From: Octopus vulgaris
Taxonomy: Eukaryota
Length of the DNA stretch: 64,000 nt
Reading direction: 5' to 3'
NCBI GenBank assembly: GCA_951406725.2
Contig: OX597828.1
Location: forward strand, 46,624,001 to 46,688,000
A program made the position numbers and the translations under genes. Of this stretch, positions 28,479 through 44,022 are shown piece by piece. Position 1 is the first letter of the stretch. Each line of letters starts with the position of its first letter. Below the pieces are notes generated by a model. That model was not told the DNA's origin, made no database searches, and was given only the letters and a program-made list of their open reading frames with translations.

Positions 28479-28658
28479 TGTTTCTTTATAACCCACAAGG
28501 GGCTAAACATAGAAGGGACAAACAAGGACAGACAAAGGGATTAAGTCGATTACATCGACTCCAGTGCGTAACTGGTACTTAATTCATCGACCCCGAAAGG
28601 ATGAAAGGTAAAGTCGACCTCGGCAGAATTTGAACTCAGAACGTAACGGCAGACGAAA
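28479..28658 (-). mobile_element. Headless single SINE-A unit with 13-bp TSD
   Basis: ttaatctatgata at 28466-28478 and 28659-28671. Confidence 0.85.
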
Positions 28659-28849
28659 TTAATCTATGATAGTTATTCTCACTCCAATAACATGTGCTAC
28701 ATATGAATTCGTTGACTTCGTTCTTTTTTAATCGTACTTGGTGAATTTTGCCTTTCGTTCATCTCGCAATGATAGATGGACCTCTTGCTAGTACCATTAG
28801 TATACTCGTCAACTTTTGAAGCGTGTGTGATTTTGTATAAAAAGGTATT

Positions 28850-29075
28850 TCTTGTCGAGCAGACAGTCCGATGTTGTTATACATAGTGCGCGTCCTCGCA
28901 TGGGTGTGTGTTTGAATGACGCTAGTCCACTGGCTAGGCGGGTACTCTAACATACATTTGAACGGCACGCCAGCCCGTCACAGGCGCACATATTTTACAG
29001 CTGAGTGGATTGGAGCAACGCGAAATGAAATGGTTTGCTGAAGAACAGAACGCACTACCGATCTATCTGGGAATA
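28850..29075 (-). mobile_element. SINE family D, degenerate
   Basis: cagctgagtggattggagcaac..tgaaatggtttgctgaagaaca central domain. Confidence 0.6.
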
Positions 29076-29136
29076 GAAATGGAGAATAATATTTTCAAGA
29101 AATGCAACATGTTTACTTTTGTGTATACATTCGATG

Positions 29137-29440
29137 TGTGGAGGCACATGGCCTAGGGGTTAGAGCAGCGGACTCGCGGTCGAGAGATCGCGGGTTCGAA
29201 TCTCAGACCGGGCGATGTGTGTGTTTATGAGCGTAACACCTAAGCTCCACGCGGTTCCGGCAGAAGATAATGGCGAACTTCTGCAGACTCTTTCGCCACA
29301 ACTTTCTCTCACTCTTTTCTCCTGCATCTTGCAGCTCACCTGCGACGGACCGGCGTCCCGTCCTGGCGGGGAACCTATACGCCAAGGAAACAAGGAAAAC
29401 CGCCCATATGAGACAGGCGTGGCTCGAGAAGGAACAAACA
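29137..29440 (+). mobile_element. SINE family B-related (short tail)
   Basis: gtggaggcacatggcctaggggttag..gggttcgaatctc; reverse-complement relative at 46236-46525. Confidence 0.85.
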
Positions 29441-29961
29441 TACATACGATGTAGACTAAATTTTGTGGGAGATTTTATTGCCAAAAACAAAATTTGAAAG
29501 ATCATTAATTTATAAATCCAATGACTGCCAAGAATATCTTATAGATGCAAATTTCTAATCAGCTAAAATCTATGGAAATAATAATTTAATCAACAGTTTC
29601 TCCGTGGGTAAGTATATATGCATATATAATTATCACGAAGTGAACGAATGCTAATTTTTGTCTGAATTGTATAGTTTTGCATGTCATATGAACTAAATGT
29701 TGTTCGTTCACCGAAACGTACGTAACATTGATTCGATTTAACTTTTCTTAAATTAAAATAATTATTATTCACTCTGTAGGGATTATAGCAAGCCTATTTC
29801 ATATACATGACTCGCATCGGCGCAGCGCTCAATTTATGATTGATCGAAATATAACCAAAGGCACTTCGTTTATTTAAATTTATGCAGGTTTCTGCATAAA
29901 GTACTGATGTGGTAATCGCCTACATAATACTTATCCCATCAACTTCTATATACCTAGGTAG

Positions 29962-29963
29962 AA

Positions 29964-30036
<73 letters not shown>

Positions 30037-30110
30037 CAGATATATAGATAGATGAATAGATAGATAGATAGATGAATAGATAGATAGATAGATAGATAGA
30101 TAGATGAATG

Positions 30111-30148
<38 letters not shown>

Positions 30149-30166
30149 GAGAGAGATAGATGAATG

Positions 30167-30222
<56 letters not shown>

Positions 30223-30243
30223 TATAGAGAGAGAGATAGATGA

Positions 30244-30288
<45 letters not shown>

Positions 30289-30315
30289 GAGATAGATGAA
30301 TGGATAGATAGATGA

Positions 30316-30385
<70 letters not shown>

Positions 30386-30437
30386 TGATCGATTGATTGA
30401 TTGATTCATTCATTCATTCATTCATTCATTCATTCAT
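29962..30437. repeat. (GATA)n followed by (GATT)/(CATT)n
   Basis: Directly visible. Confidence 0.97.
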
Positions 30438-30945
30438 AGATTCATAGAAAGATAGCAAAACACTCCCTCGGTTATAATGACGGATATTCCAGTTGTTTCG
30501 ATCAACGGAACAAGCTGCTCGTGATATTGACGTAGTACTCAGGGACATGCAGCGTGACACATCGTGTATGACAACGTCAAGACTCTGAACTACATATAGG
30601 ACGAATTTCTTTTTCCATTTGAGTGGAAGCAAGGCGAAATACGTTGTATTCATCAAGGACAAAACACCGCCGAGAGTCGAACTTACCACCTTACAATCGC
30701 GAGTTAAATACACTAACCCGCTAATCCTCGCACCTTGACACACATAGACACTATTGTGTGGACGCCACCAGACGATGAAGTAGGCTAGCCCAATACGTAG
30801 ATACATAGGGAGAAGCCTAGACGTCGGCAGAATAGAGTAGACTAGGTCAGAGTAGAGAGGAGTCGAGTTGTGTAGAAGGCATCCGAACGCGAGACATAAC
30901 AGTGGCAACGAGGATTTCGTAGCTCATACAGCTACTCTGTAGTAT

Positions 30946-31330
30946 TGGAAGCACTCCGTCGGTAACGACGATGAGGGTTCCGGTTGATCCGAATCAACGG
31001 AACAGCCTGCTCGTGAAATTAACATGTAAGTGGCTGAGCACTCCACAGACACGTGCACCCTTAACGTAGTTCTCGGGGATATTCAGCGTGACACAGAGAG
31101 TGACAAGGCCGGGCCCCTTGAAATACAGGTACAACAGAAACAGGAAGTAAGAGTGAGAGAAAGTTGTGGTGAAAGAGTACAGCAGGGATCACCACCATCC
31201 CCTACCGGAGCCTCGTGGAGCTTTTAGGTGTTTTCGCTCAATACACACTCACAACGCCCGGTCTGGGAATCGAAACCGCGATCCTATGACTGCGAGTCCG
31301 CTGCCCTAACCACTGGGCCATTGCGCCTCC
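30946..31330 (-). mobile_element. SINE family B (long tail)
   Basis: Near-identical to 4316-4695; an older relative lies at ~30460-30740. Confidence 0.9.
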
Positions 31331-31404
31331 GCTGTGTATTATTACGACATAACAGACATATAGTAATGCTAACGATTCTAGCAGCTCGCCTCCGTACAAA
31401 TATG

Positions 31405-31963
31405 AATAATGATAAATGCAGTACCGGGCAGAAGCTCTCATTACTTCAGATCTTAACTGATTGAAAGAGTTATCATGCACATTGTTTTGTCTTGGTATAA
31501 AAGATGAGCTACAGCAAATATTCTGCTCAATACCACATATTTGCTTATCACTTGTTTGACCTTAACCAGTTGAGCATGTCCCTTAGTGGCTGACGACATG
31601 TGCATCTCTGATCACGAGCAGAAGTAGTGGGGGAGCATCATAGCCATGTGTTGAGAGAAATTCTTTGGGGTTTGAATAATTCACCTCTGGAAACATGGGT
31701 GTTTTGTTCAACATCCTTAAACAACCCTTATTCAGGGACCTTTTAAGCGAGATGTGTTACTCGATCAGAAGAAACTTCTAACTGGGCCCCACCTGAAAGG
31801 TCATGCACTGCCTATCTTGATATGAGATCACCATGTCACATATGGTTGTGATGCTTGTGCCTAGTGTACCCTTATCAGACGGGTAGTCATGATGGGTATA
31901 CTGGGCTTTGTATATTTTACCCCTGTGTCACTTTGAAGGCATGCGCTGCTCTATCACTCAGTC
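31405..31963 (+). mobile_element. Putative LINE 3' UTR ending in a (TAA)n tail
   Basis: GC-richer block ending abruptly in (TAA)n; no ORF; assignment is inference. Confidence 0.4.
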
Positions 31964-32415
<452 letters not shown>

Positions 32416-32600
32416 AGTGAACTTTACACTTAATCATGGATTATAGACTTAAAAGCATATTTATTTCATACATATAACTTCCTTTTCGATATATTCTTCC
32501 TGTATTCATGTTATATTCCTTGCAGCTTTAGCACAAATCTTGTTTTATAGGTGGTGGGAGCAAGTCAATTTCATCAATCCCACCACTCAATAAATAATAT

Positions 32601-33006
32601 ACTCTTTACTCTTTTACTTGTTTCAGTCATTTGACTGCGGCCATGCTGGAGCACCGCCTTTAGTCGAGCAAATCGACCCCGGGACTTATTCTTTGTAAGC
32701 CCAGTACTTATTCTATCGGTCTCTTGTGCCGAACCGCTAAGTGACGGGGACGTAAACACACCAGCATCGGTTGTCAAGAAATGCTAGGGGGACAAACACA
32801 GACACACAAACACACACATGCATAGATATATATACATATATACGACAGGCTTCTTTCAGTTTCCGTCTACCAAATCCACTCACAAGGCATTGGTCGGCCT
32901 TGGGCTATAGCAGAACACACTTGCCCAAGATGCCACGCAGTGGGACTGAACCCGGAACCATGTGGTTGGTTAGCAAGCTACTTACCACACAGCCACTCCT
33001 GCGCCT
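32601..33006 (-). mobile_element. SINE family C, full length
   Basis: Reverse complement of the 20331 copy. Confidence 0.9.
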
Positions 33007-33044
33007 ATAAATAGTACATAAATATAGTATTATTTATAATAATA

Positions 33045-33237
33045 TTATAGGTATAACGCCTGAAATATTGGGGGATTATATCGACCCTAGTGCTTAACTT
33101 GTATTTATTTTATCGACCTCCAAATGGATTAATGACTAAGTCGAGCTCGGCGGAATTTGAACTTAGAACGTAAAGACAGACGAGACGCCGCCAAACATTT
33201 TGTCCGACATGCTAACGATTCTGCCAGCGCGCCACCC
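33045..33237 (-). mobile_element. SINE family A, degenerate monomer
   Basis: cggcggaatttgaacttagaacg..gctaacgattctgccagc. Confidence 0.75.
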
Positions 33238-33572
33238 TAGAGGAGGGGAAGGAGGACGTGTAAAGATGTCTAAGAGGATGATACATAAAACATTTGTTAG
33301 TCAGAAATCTCTCCACATTTCCACAAAGCTAGAAAGAAAACTCCCTTAAACAGAAAGAAAACGTTGTGAACAGATGAGAGCGACCACCATGTTCTTTTGG
33401 CACAAGAATAACAGCAAAGAGTGTGTAGCAAATGTGTGTCTGTGTATGTGTGGGTGGATGGCTGGGTGGGTTTCTGCATGTGCGTATGCATGTGTGTGCG
33501 TGTGTGTATATGAGTGTGTGCGTGCTTCTTTGTGAATGTGTATTTGTTTCTTTGTGTGAGTATGAATGCGTA

Positions 33573-33648
<76 letters not shown>

Positions 33649-33994
33649 CAAATATGAATGGTTTTCTGTGAAAAAAATGGTAACGGAGAAAGTACTAAGT
33701 GATGAGCAGTGCACCCAACAACAGTCAATCGTCTACAAAATCGCACCCTTAAAATTCCTGCTACCCGTTCCAATCTGTAAGTAAGTGAAATCGGAGAACA
33801 GATACTTTTACTCATCGCAAGCGGTTCGGTACATTCGGTTGCTGCTCCTTATGTGTTGTTGGCGTTGTTCTTGTTGTTGTTGCTGCTGCATATGACTGAA
33901 GGTGCCTGAGGACATCTCAAATACAACAAGCTACCCACTGCCGTAAATACGCAGGTTAAGCTGAATGGCAGCCAAACCGGTTGAGTCACATTCG

Positions 33995-34134
33995 AATAAT
34001 AATAACAACAACAATAATAATGATGATGATAATAATAATAATGATGATGACGATGGTGATGACAATGATGATGATGAAGATGATGATGAAGGTGGTGATG
34101 ATGAAGATGATGATGATGATGATGATGATGAAGG

Positions 34135-34174
<40 letters not shown>

Positions 34175-34175
34175 A

Positions 34176-34207
<32 letters not shown>

Positions 34208-34258
34208 GATGTCGATGATGATGATGACGTTGATGATGATGATGATGATGTTGATGAT
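33995..34258. repeat. (AAT)/(GAT)n tract
   Basis: Directly visible. Confidence 0.95.
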
Positions 34259-35809
34259 TTCAAAAAATTTTTGGCACAAGGTAAGCAAGTCGGGGAAAGG
34301 GGTTAGTTGATTTCATAGCAAAGAGATCCAATCACTACTTGTCAGACAGTTAAAAGTTTTTGAGCAGATCTTCTACACGCGCGCTCGTGCATTCACATGA
34401 GCTAATAACCCCCATTCAGTCCCGCTTTGAAACTAAAATGCAATTCCAATATCCCATTAGTAGAGATCGGAACGACCATAGGAAAGCTTGAAGACTAAAA
34501 GATGTTTGCCTTTCTGCACTATCGGGTAATAGAAAACCAATATCCTGAAGGCGCTCTCAGCAGTCATTAATATCCAGGACTACTGACTAATCGTCCTGGT
34601 GCAGGTAAGTGACAATCAACTTGAGAAATAAAGATTTCTAGCATAACACTTCAACCTTAATGCCTGATTTCAGTGGTGCATAATATCAGAATATCTCCCA
34701 ATAGTCAAACACAGACGTGCTTGTTTGTGCTCCAGAGACCCTCTTCCTACAGATGGCTACTACATCTATGTATAACAACCTGAGGTCATTGCTTCCAAAC
34801 TGACACCAGAACACGTACATTCGTACATCCACTCTGAATACGGTCATGTTTGTCGCGAAAGAAAATAGAATATTTATTCATTCTGGCAGTGGAAATGGCC
34901 GCGTGAATCACCTCTTCATTGGGAAGAAGAGAAAACGTCAAAATAATTTTCTAAGAAATTTTCTGGCCAGCTAGCTCAAAAGCGCAGCATTAAAAGAGTA
35001 ATCTTTGAAGGCATCTGTAAGATTGTGAGTCAGTTTTTATTATGTTTTTATTATTGTCTGTTGAGGTTTTGGGGAGGGGCTTCTTAAAGCATCCCCACTG
35101 GTGTGAATGTTTTTATTGTTACTCATCTCTTCCGTCAATTCAATGTTGCTTTTCTGAACAACAGTGAAGCTGATGCAGGAGGGCTTTTGTTCTTTTTATT
35201 GGTGTTGGTGCCGTTGATATTGAGATTTTTTATTTTTTCACTTTTGTAATTATGCTTGTGGTTGTCTCTGTGATTTTTTGTTATTGCTAAGGCTGTGATA
35301 ATTGTATGGGTATCTTGGGGGACGACTAGTGCCCTCGCACTGTCTTTCACTCTGAATCGGCTATGTTCTGCGGCAGATGGAGAAAGAAACGTGTGAAGGA
35401 CAGTGTGTGGAGTGTGTGTTATATATATGATGGATCGGGAAGATATTGCTGAGGTCTTGTGTTTTTTATGAGATTTGGTCGCAAGGTTGTCTGTTATTCC
35501 GGAGATGTCTGACGGTCTTAGCTGCCGTTGCTTTTGAGGTTTTTTGCTGTTATTATTATTATTGTTACTACTGTTTCTATCGCAGTAGTTTCAAGTATCA
35601 CTCTTTTTATTTATTTATTTATTTGCTGCTGATGTTATCCATTCTGTTAATGATGATGATGATGTGGTTTTCGTTGTTTTCGTGCTTGGTGGTTTTGTTG
35701 TTATTGTCGATCATGTCTGACTTGCGAGACAGAAGGTGTGCAGTTGTGTCATCTATCTGCTGCATTTATGGGAAGAAAGCTCTCGTATGTATGGTCTTAC
35801 TAGGTAGGT

Positions 35810-36192
35810 AGGAAGTACTCCGTTGGTTACGACGACGAGGGTTCCGGTTGATCCGCATCAACGGAACAGCCTGCTCGTGAAATTAACGTGTAAGTGGCTG
35901 AGCACTCCACAGACACGTGTACCCTTAACGTAGTTCTCGGGGATATTCAGCGTGACACAGAGAGTGACAAGGCCGGCCCTTTGAAATACAGGTACAACAG
36001 AAACAGGAAGTAAGAGTGAGAGGAAGTTGTGGTGAAAGAGTACAGCAGGGATCACCACCATCCCCTGCCGGAGCTTCGTGGAGCTTTAGGTGTTTTCGCT
36101 CAATAAACACTCACAACGCCCGGTCTGGGAATCGAAACCGCGATCCTATGACCGCGAGTCTGCAGCCCTAACCACTGGGCCATTGCGCCTCC
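35810..36192 (-). mobile_element. SINE family B (long tail) with 12-bp TSD
   Basis: atggtcttacta at 35791-35802 and 36193-36204. Confidence 0.92.
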
Positions 36193-37474
36193 ATGGTCTT
36201 ACTACATACGTGACGTCTCAGCTTTTTACTGTCCACCTCTAATGACAGTTGAGTATCTGTTAGGGCATATGATGAGTTTGAGTTCTTTTTTCTTTTATAA
36301 TAATTTCAGCTAACAGTACCAGTGCTGTACCCTTCCAGCCGCTCTTCTGGAGATAATTTTTCTGTGTAGAATTCTCTTCAACGCCTAATATGGTTATAAA
36401 CCATAATATATCTTTTATGAGCATTTTTTACCTTCAGCTTAGACAACCTTTTTCCTTCTATAGGATACAATTAGCTAAGGTTCTTCAGCTTTTACAAAGG
36501 CAGTAGAGTCAATTTAGCACCAAATGTTACAACACTACCCTTTGATTTTAAAAAAAAATGCATTTCCTCTCAACACATTCCTTCAATGCAACTATTAACG
36601 TGTCTTAGGATCTGGCATTGGACGGAGATTAAAATTTAATTGGCAAAGCTTGTTATTAGTTGATTATTAGTTATCGGTTGTTAATAAATTCAAGTCAAAT
36701 TAAAACCAGCTGGAACTTAAATTTCTAATTAATAATACAGAATTCCAGGTCGTGTTTATGCATCTTAAAGAATATGCAAGACATTGATCGAAAAGATTTT
36801 AGTAATAAATGCATATGATTCAACTACGTTAATAGTTGAATAATATTCTTAAGGCGGCAGTTTACTCACACGCAGCATATTTCAAAGCTTGTCGCTAATC
36901 CAGTTCTTAACCGAATTAAAAACTGTTAGCAGTTTTGAAGAGGGCTGGTCTCTAGGTACATTTCGGCATAGAAAATTGAGATTTGATCCAGTAGAAAAAC
37001 GTTTACCTCAAAATTTGTAGCAACGTTATAGGAGAGTAAGTAACTCCTCCAATCAAGTTTAAATCTAAATAACTTTTTATTTTAAAAGAAAAATATATTT
37101 ATCTTAGATTCAATGCTAGAAGAAAGCATGAAGGAATTTATAGATTTGGTTCCATGCAACAAAAATTTGTATTAAAAACGTTGTGAGGTAAAATATCATG
37201 AAAAAGTATAAGGCCGAAAGTTGGATTTAAGTATTAACTTTTTTTAATTTTAAAAACAAAATGCATTTTAATTAAGTTTAAATGATAGTTTAAAGTTTAA
37301 ATGATATTTTAATTAAGTTTAAATGATAGATCTATACTTTGTTATGGATAAAGTTCTATAAGGGGACTTTTAATATATGTCATCGGTGTCATTGAGGTAA
37401 GGAAAAATTATCAAAGGCACCGTTAATTTACACATTACTAATTAGCATATTAGCATAGTCTGGAAAAAACATGG

Positions 37475-38320
37475 ATTACATGGAAAAATGCGAGCAAGTG
37501 AAATAATATTCTTAAGATTATAAAGATGGAAAATCATAGGACAAGTTGAGAAAGTTCAGGACAACTTATTACATCTGGTAAAGTGCAGAACAAGACAATT
37601 TTTACTTAAAATATTGCAGCTAAGGATAAAATTTGAATACTAAAAATTATTTGATTTTAATTTAAAAAGTAACATTATATTTAAAAAAGGTACCATCATT
37701 TTGTTAAAATATTGACACACTAGAATACTTAAAAAATGATAGCCAGAAGTACCAGTTTAGCTAAAGTTTTTATGCAAAGTAGAATAGTATATAGGGTAGG
37801 CAAATTCATTATGTAAAAAATAGGCATTGGGTCAAGACTAAAAATTTGAAAACTTGGCAATAACTTAGGCAATAACGCAAGCAAATTTTACTGTGAATTT
37901 GTTGTTATAGGTAGATTTTACTGTAATATATAACTAATTTTTGCATACTATTTATTGTACTAACTAGTTATGTACTACAATTATTTTTATAGCCTTCTTT
38001 CAAATTTCTAATTAGTAATTAATAATCTTAAAAAATGAATATTTTTAAAGTGCAAAAAATATTTTATTTGAGTTAATTCTTTTTAATAGAATTAACAAGT
38101 AATAACAAATAAAAGTAATAACTTGTAATAAAATTTTTAGTTTCAAAAACAGCTGATATTTTCTAAATCTAAATATTTTATTTGAAATTTTATCCTTAGC
38201 TGCAATATTTTAAGTAAACAATTTTTGTGCTGTACTTTACCAGTTATAATAACTTGTCCTGAATTTTCCAGGTTTATAATCTTAAGAATTATTACGCTTG
38301 CTCGTATTTTTCCATGTAAT
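37475..38320. mobile_element. Old fold-back/MITE-like element with ~160-180-bp imperfect inverted arms
   Basis: 37475-37657 vs 38165-38320; perfect 34-bp core at 37601-37634 / 38185-38218. Confidence 0.7.
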
Positions 38321-38572
38321 TTAATGTCTTAAGATGAAGTATTAGGTTAGCTTCCCGCATCAAGCTACTTCTATCGTATTTTAAAATGCTGTAAATATTG
38401 TTGTGAAGGCCGTTCTGAAATCAATAAACCAAGTGTGTGTCTGTGTGAGTGTCTGTCTGTCTGTCTGTCTGTGTGTGCGTGCGTGCGTGCATGTGATATG
38501 TATATGTGTATGTGCGTGCACACATACATATATACATATACAAATATATATATATATGTGTGCGTATGTACA

Positions 38573-38611
<39 letters not shown>

Positions 38612-38614
38612 TGT

Positions 38615-38651
<37 letters not shown>

Positions 38652-38677
38652 ATATATATACATACATACATACATAC

Positions 38678-38761
<84 letters not shown>

Positions 38762-38804
38762 GTATATATATATATATGTATGTATATATATATATATATG
38801 TATG

Positions 38805-38901
<97 letters not shown>

Positions 38902-38945
38902 GTATATATATATATGTATGTATGTATGTATGTATATATATATAT

Positions 38946-39026
<81 letters not shown>

Positions 39027-40327
39027 TGCATATATGTATATATTTAATGTATGTATATTGTTGTCAAGCCAGATCTATCGCATTTCAGAACACGATGTAT
39101 AACTGTCTGAAATGGAATTGCATCTTATAATAAAATATAATAAAATGCAATATTAAAATAAACGTAATACTGCGACACTTATATTATAATGTCATATGTA
39201 AATATGATTCTAATTGCAACCTGTCCCATAAATATGAAAGAAAATGCCACTAAAATTTTAACCTATGTTATAGAATATTGTATGTAATACAATAAACATT
39301 ATAGTAAGTCATTGACACCCGGAACGTTACACTTTTTTTACCCCCCACAGCAAAAGTTTTTACCAATATTCTAGAAACTTCATTAGGAATATTTTTTTTC
39401 CTTTACTCTTTTCTTTTGGTGCTTAATCTAATTGCTCATTTTCTATTCTCATTGCCAACAGCATGTGCAAAATCACCGTTTCTTTCTCAAAGCACTGATA
39501 TTAATTTAAAGAAATATTTTCTTTACAGGCAGTCATGTAGTTTACAATTACTCTTGCTGCTAAATATTTTTTATTCATTTACAACTTTTGCAGATGCTTT
39601 CTCGTTCAAATATTTGCATCGTTTATTTTATATCTAGTGCACTGGGACTATTGTTCTCAACTCCATTTAACCATTATTCCTAACTCATTATCATGTTCTT
39701 ACAAGTGCAGACATGGCTTTATTTTTTCTTTGCTAAAGAGCTGATATTATTACACCCCAAAAACACACACCAACGCCACCGCTACCATTGACTATTCTTA
39801 ATACAATTACTTAACTCTGTACTGTTTTCGTCAGCAATTTTAGCGGCAGCCTTTCGTCATTATAAGAATTACTGTTTTGTTTATATTGTTCTGGTTTTCA
39901 ATGTTCCTATTTAGCATCAAATCGGACTATGATGTGCCCTTAAAGTCAGATGGCGTCTTAAAGTTGTCGCCATAACATACAGTTTATCTCAAGCAAATTG
40001 AAAATTAGTGGAGCTCATTTCATTCCTTAGTTTGATCATAACAGCTTTCTGAGAATACGAAAAAGAATACGAAAAGAAAGGAAGTAAAATTAAATGAATT
40101 GACCGGAAAATATTTCAGAAAAAAATTAAAAACAATCCAAGATGACCTCGGTAAGATTTCTTCTTAAAACGTTCAGAGTCGGAACAAAAACTACAAATCA
40201 TTCTGTCCGTCATTATAAGGACTTCGTCAATTTTATATCTTTAACAAAACATCTTCCAGCTCGCGGATGGCGAGTTTTTCTCCTCAGAAAGAGTCTACCG
40301 AAGATTGCATTATTTAATACTCTCTAA

Positions 40328-40729
40328 AGGCGGCAGGCTGGCAGAAACGTTAGCGCGCCCGGCAACATGCTTAGCCGTATTTCGTCTGCCGTTACGTTCT
40401 GAGTTCAAATTCCGCCGAGGTCGACTTTGCCTTTCATCCTTTCGGGGTCGATTAAGTAAGTACCAGTTACGCACTGGGGTCGATATAATCGACTTAATCC
40501 GTTTGTCTGTCCTTGTTTGTCCTCTCTGTGTTTAGCCCTTTGTGGGTAGTAAAGAAATGGATATTTCGTCTGCCGTTACGTTCTGAGTTCAAATTCCGCC
40601 GAGGTCGATTTTGCCTTTCATCCTTTCGGGGTCGATAATTTAATTAACAGTTGCGTACTGTGGTCGATCTAATCGATTGGCCTCCTTCCCCAAAAATTTA
40701 GGGCCTTGTACCTAAAGTAGAAAATATTG
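40328..40729 (+). mobile_element. SINE family A dimer with 15-bp TSD
   Basis: tttaatactctctaa at 40313-40327 and 40730-40744. Confidence 0.92.
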
Positions 40730-40849
40730 TTTAATACTCTCTAACTAAAACGAAAACGATATTAACTTCTGAAATTGTATAGGGTAAAATGTGATGGATG
40801 GCAGGTTTCATTAGAATAGTTGATTTGTCGAAAGAGGTTATTTGGTTGA

Positions 40850-41305
40850 GCTCTCATCAGCTTTTTCATGTTTCATTTGAAGAAAAGAAATTTGAGAGTG
40901 AAGACGGAAGTCCTGTCCTCGTGTGAGTTAACTGAAAGGCAGGTGAAAATTGCGAAAACGTCAAGAGTGGATGGTACCTCTCTAAGTGTTTACCTGTGAG
41001 TCGGAGAGAAGGAATTGGAGAGGGTACTTGCTCCTAGGGTTTCAGAGAAATCTCAGACCGCGGGATTCCTCGATTATCCCTAGAGGTCATCCTGTATCAG
41101 GAGAGCTACATCTCCATCATCCTCTCCTCAGAGGTCTTTGAACCATTTTATACAATGTATAAGTCCCTTAGTTTTTCATTGTATACCATGCATACTTATT
41201 TGATTTCTTCTTTTTAATTATTTTACCATTTCATTATATACACACACTTTTTTTTTATCTGTCTTTGATCTGTCCCCCTAATCCTTCATCCTGGTGGCAA
41301 ATAAG
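40850..41305 (+). mobile_element. Degenerate Tx1/L1-like LINE 3' end
   Basis: Frameshifted LISFFMFHLKK/LRVKTEVLSSCELTERQVKIAK..*, then a UTR ending tgtcccc..catcctggtggcaaataa, similar to the 3' ends at 15848 and 16492. Confidence 0.45.
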
Positions 41306-41376
41306 TTAGTTTTGTTTACACACAAAACCCTCACACTCATACACACACACACATTCTTTGTTTAATAACAAAATTA

Positions 41377-41435
<59 letters not shown>

Positions 41436-41445
41436 GTTGTTGTTG

Positions 41446-41510
<65 letters not shown>

Positions 41511-41830
41511 GATAGGGATAGTTTCATAATAAAACTGATCGTTCATTGACATTGCCTCTTGCGTTAACGGGTTCATTATCCTTTCCTATTGTCTTCTTTC
41601 GTGCAGAATTGGAGGAGGAGGAAGAGGAGAAAGAAGAAGAACAAGAACAAGAGCAACAAAAACAACAACAACAACAAGTGAATAAGTCTAGTAAAATAAA
41701 CAGATGACTAAATAAAATAGATAAATGAAATGTTACCATTCGAACATCGTTAGAACACAATAGATGTAAATGCACGGCTAATGTTTCTCCGTTTGATATA
41801 CATTTGTTATCTGAGTAAGACTATGTATGC

Positions 41831-41943
<113 letters not shown>

Positions 41944-41946
41944 AAG

Positions 41947-42072
<126 letters not shown>

Positions 42073-42179
42073 CAGTATATATAATTACAGATAGAAAAAT
42101 ATATCTACTTAAATATATATACATGTACGTGTGTTTATCTACACATATATTTAAACATGTATGCCTGTTTATGTATACA

Positions 42180-42220
<41 letters not shown>

Positions 42221-42479
42221 GTGTATATTTTTGTATGTATGTATGTATGTATGTATGCATGCAGACACAAGTGTGTATGGCATATCCGTACAGAAAAGAA
42301 TCACAGGTTATTTTCTCAGCAAACATTTCTCAAAATTCTTTAAAAGACTTATTTAATGCCGTGCTTCCTAAGGTTACCCGCCATTTCTCTTCCAAAAACG
42401 CCGGGTAATGTCACACTTGTTATTTCTCAGTACAAGACACTAGGGCAATGTCCTCCATTAAAAGGGTTGTTCAAAGGAT

Positions 42480-42797
42480 GTAGTAAGTTAGTAGTAGTAG
42501 TAGTAGTAGTAGTGTTTTTGGTGATGGTGGTGGTGGTGGTGGTGGTGGTGGTAGCGGAGGTAGTAGCTTCGTTGTTATTTGTTTTCGGAGATGGTGCTGG
42601 GGTAGTAGTGACGATGGTGGGTCGGTGGTGATTCTGACAGTGTGTTGGTGGGGAGGAAGTACTTAGAGGTGGTGGCTTTGGAGGTGGTCGTGGTGGAGGT
42701 GGTAGTGGCGGTTGCGGTGATGGTGGTGGTGATATACGTAATAGTGGTGGGAGTCATCATAGTGGTAGTGATGGTAGTGGTATTCTTGATGCTGGTG

Positions 42798-42828
<31 letters not shown>

Positions 42829-42921
42829 TAATGATTTCGGTGATGGTGCTAATAGTAATCTTGGTGGTTGCGGTAGTGACGATGCTAGTGGCGCTGATGG
42901 TGAAGATGGTGATGGTGATGG

Positions 42922-42965
<44 letters not shown>

Positions 42966-43023
42966 GTGATGATGATGGTGATGATGATGATGATGATGAT
43001 GATGGTGATGGTGGTGGTGATGG

Positions 43024-43069
<46 letters not shown>

Positions 43070-43473
43070 GATGGTGGTGGTGGTGATGATGGTGATGGTA
43101 AATGTGGATGATAATCATGACAATCATGATGGTCATGATCATGATGACGACGATGATGATAATGATTGTGGTGGTGGTGGTGGTGGTGGCCGTAGTGGTG
43201 GTGGTTACGGTTAAGGAAGTGATGGTGGTGGTGGTGGTGGTGATAGCTGAGTCTAGTGAAGGTGATGGCGGCGGCGGCAGCTGGTGGTGGTGGTGGTGGC
43301 GGTAGCGGTGGCGGTGGCGGTGGTGGTGGTGGTGGTGGTTGTGCTGATGCTCGTGTGCGAGTTCTCATAGAAAGCTAAATAGCTCTCCAACAAGAACGCT
43401 ACCACCCAAATTACCGCGGCAGTTTTCATACGAGTAAACTCTATTACTACTGTTGTTGTTATTCTTATTTATT

Positions 43474-43530
<57 letters not shown>

Positions 43531-43545
43531 ACAATAATAACAACA
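42480..43545. repeat. (GTA)/(GGT)/(GAT)n low-complexity block
   Basis: Directly visible. Confidence 0.95.
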
Positions 43546-43689
43546 ACGGTAACAGTAATAACGAGAATTTTTATTGTAATGATAACGGGGCTTATTTTCA
43601 TTGGGTAATTTCACAAAGGAAAGACGAAACTATATTTAGAAATATTGCGTTACTCAGCTTGATATATTATGTAAATAAACGATTCGGAA

Positions 43690-43755
<66 letters not shown>

Positions 43756-43872
43756 ATGTATATATGCCTGTGTGTGTGTGTGTATGTAAGAATTTATGTA
43801 TGTATGCATGCATGCATGTATGTATGCGTGGTGCATATATATGTATATGTTTATCTATATTTATATTCATAC

Positions 43873-43906
<34 letters not shown>

Positions 43907-43960
43907 GCAGGCGTGTTTGTATGCGTATATGTGCAATGCGTATATTCATGAATGTATGCA

Positions 43961-44022
<62 letters not shown>

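Noticed and set aside
34330-35020. Complex GC-richer block, possibly a retroelement ORF1 remnant or an exon
   Set aside because: No open frame or motif I can identify with confidence
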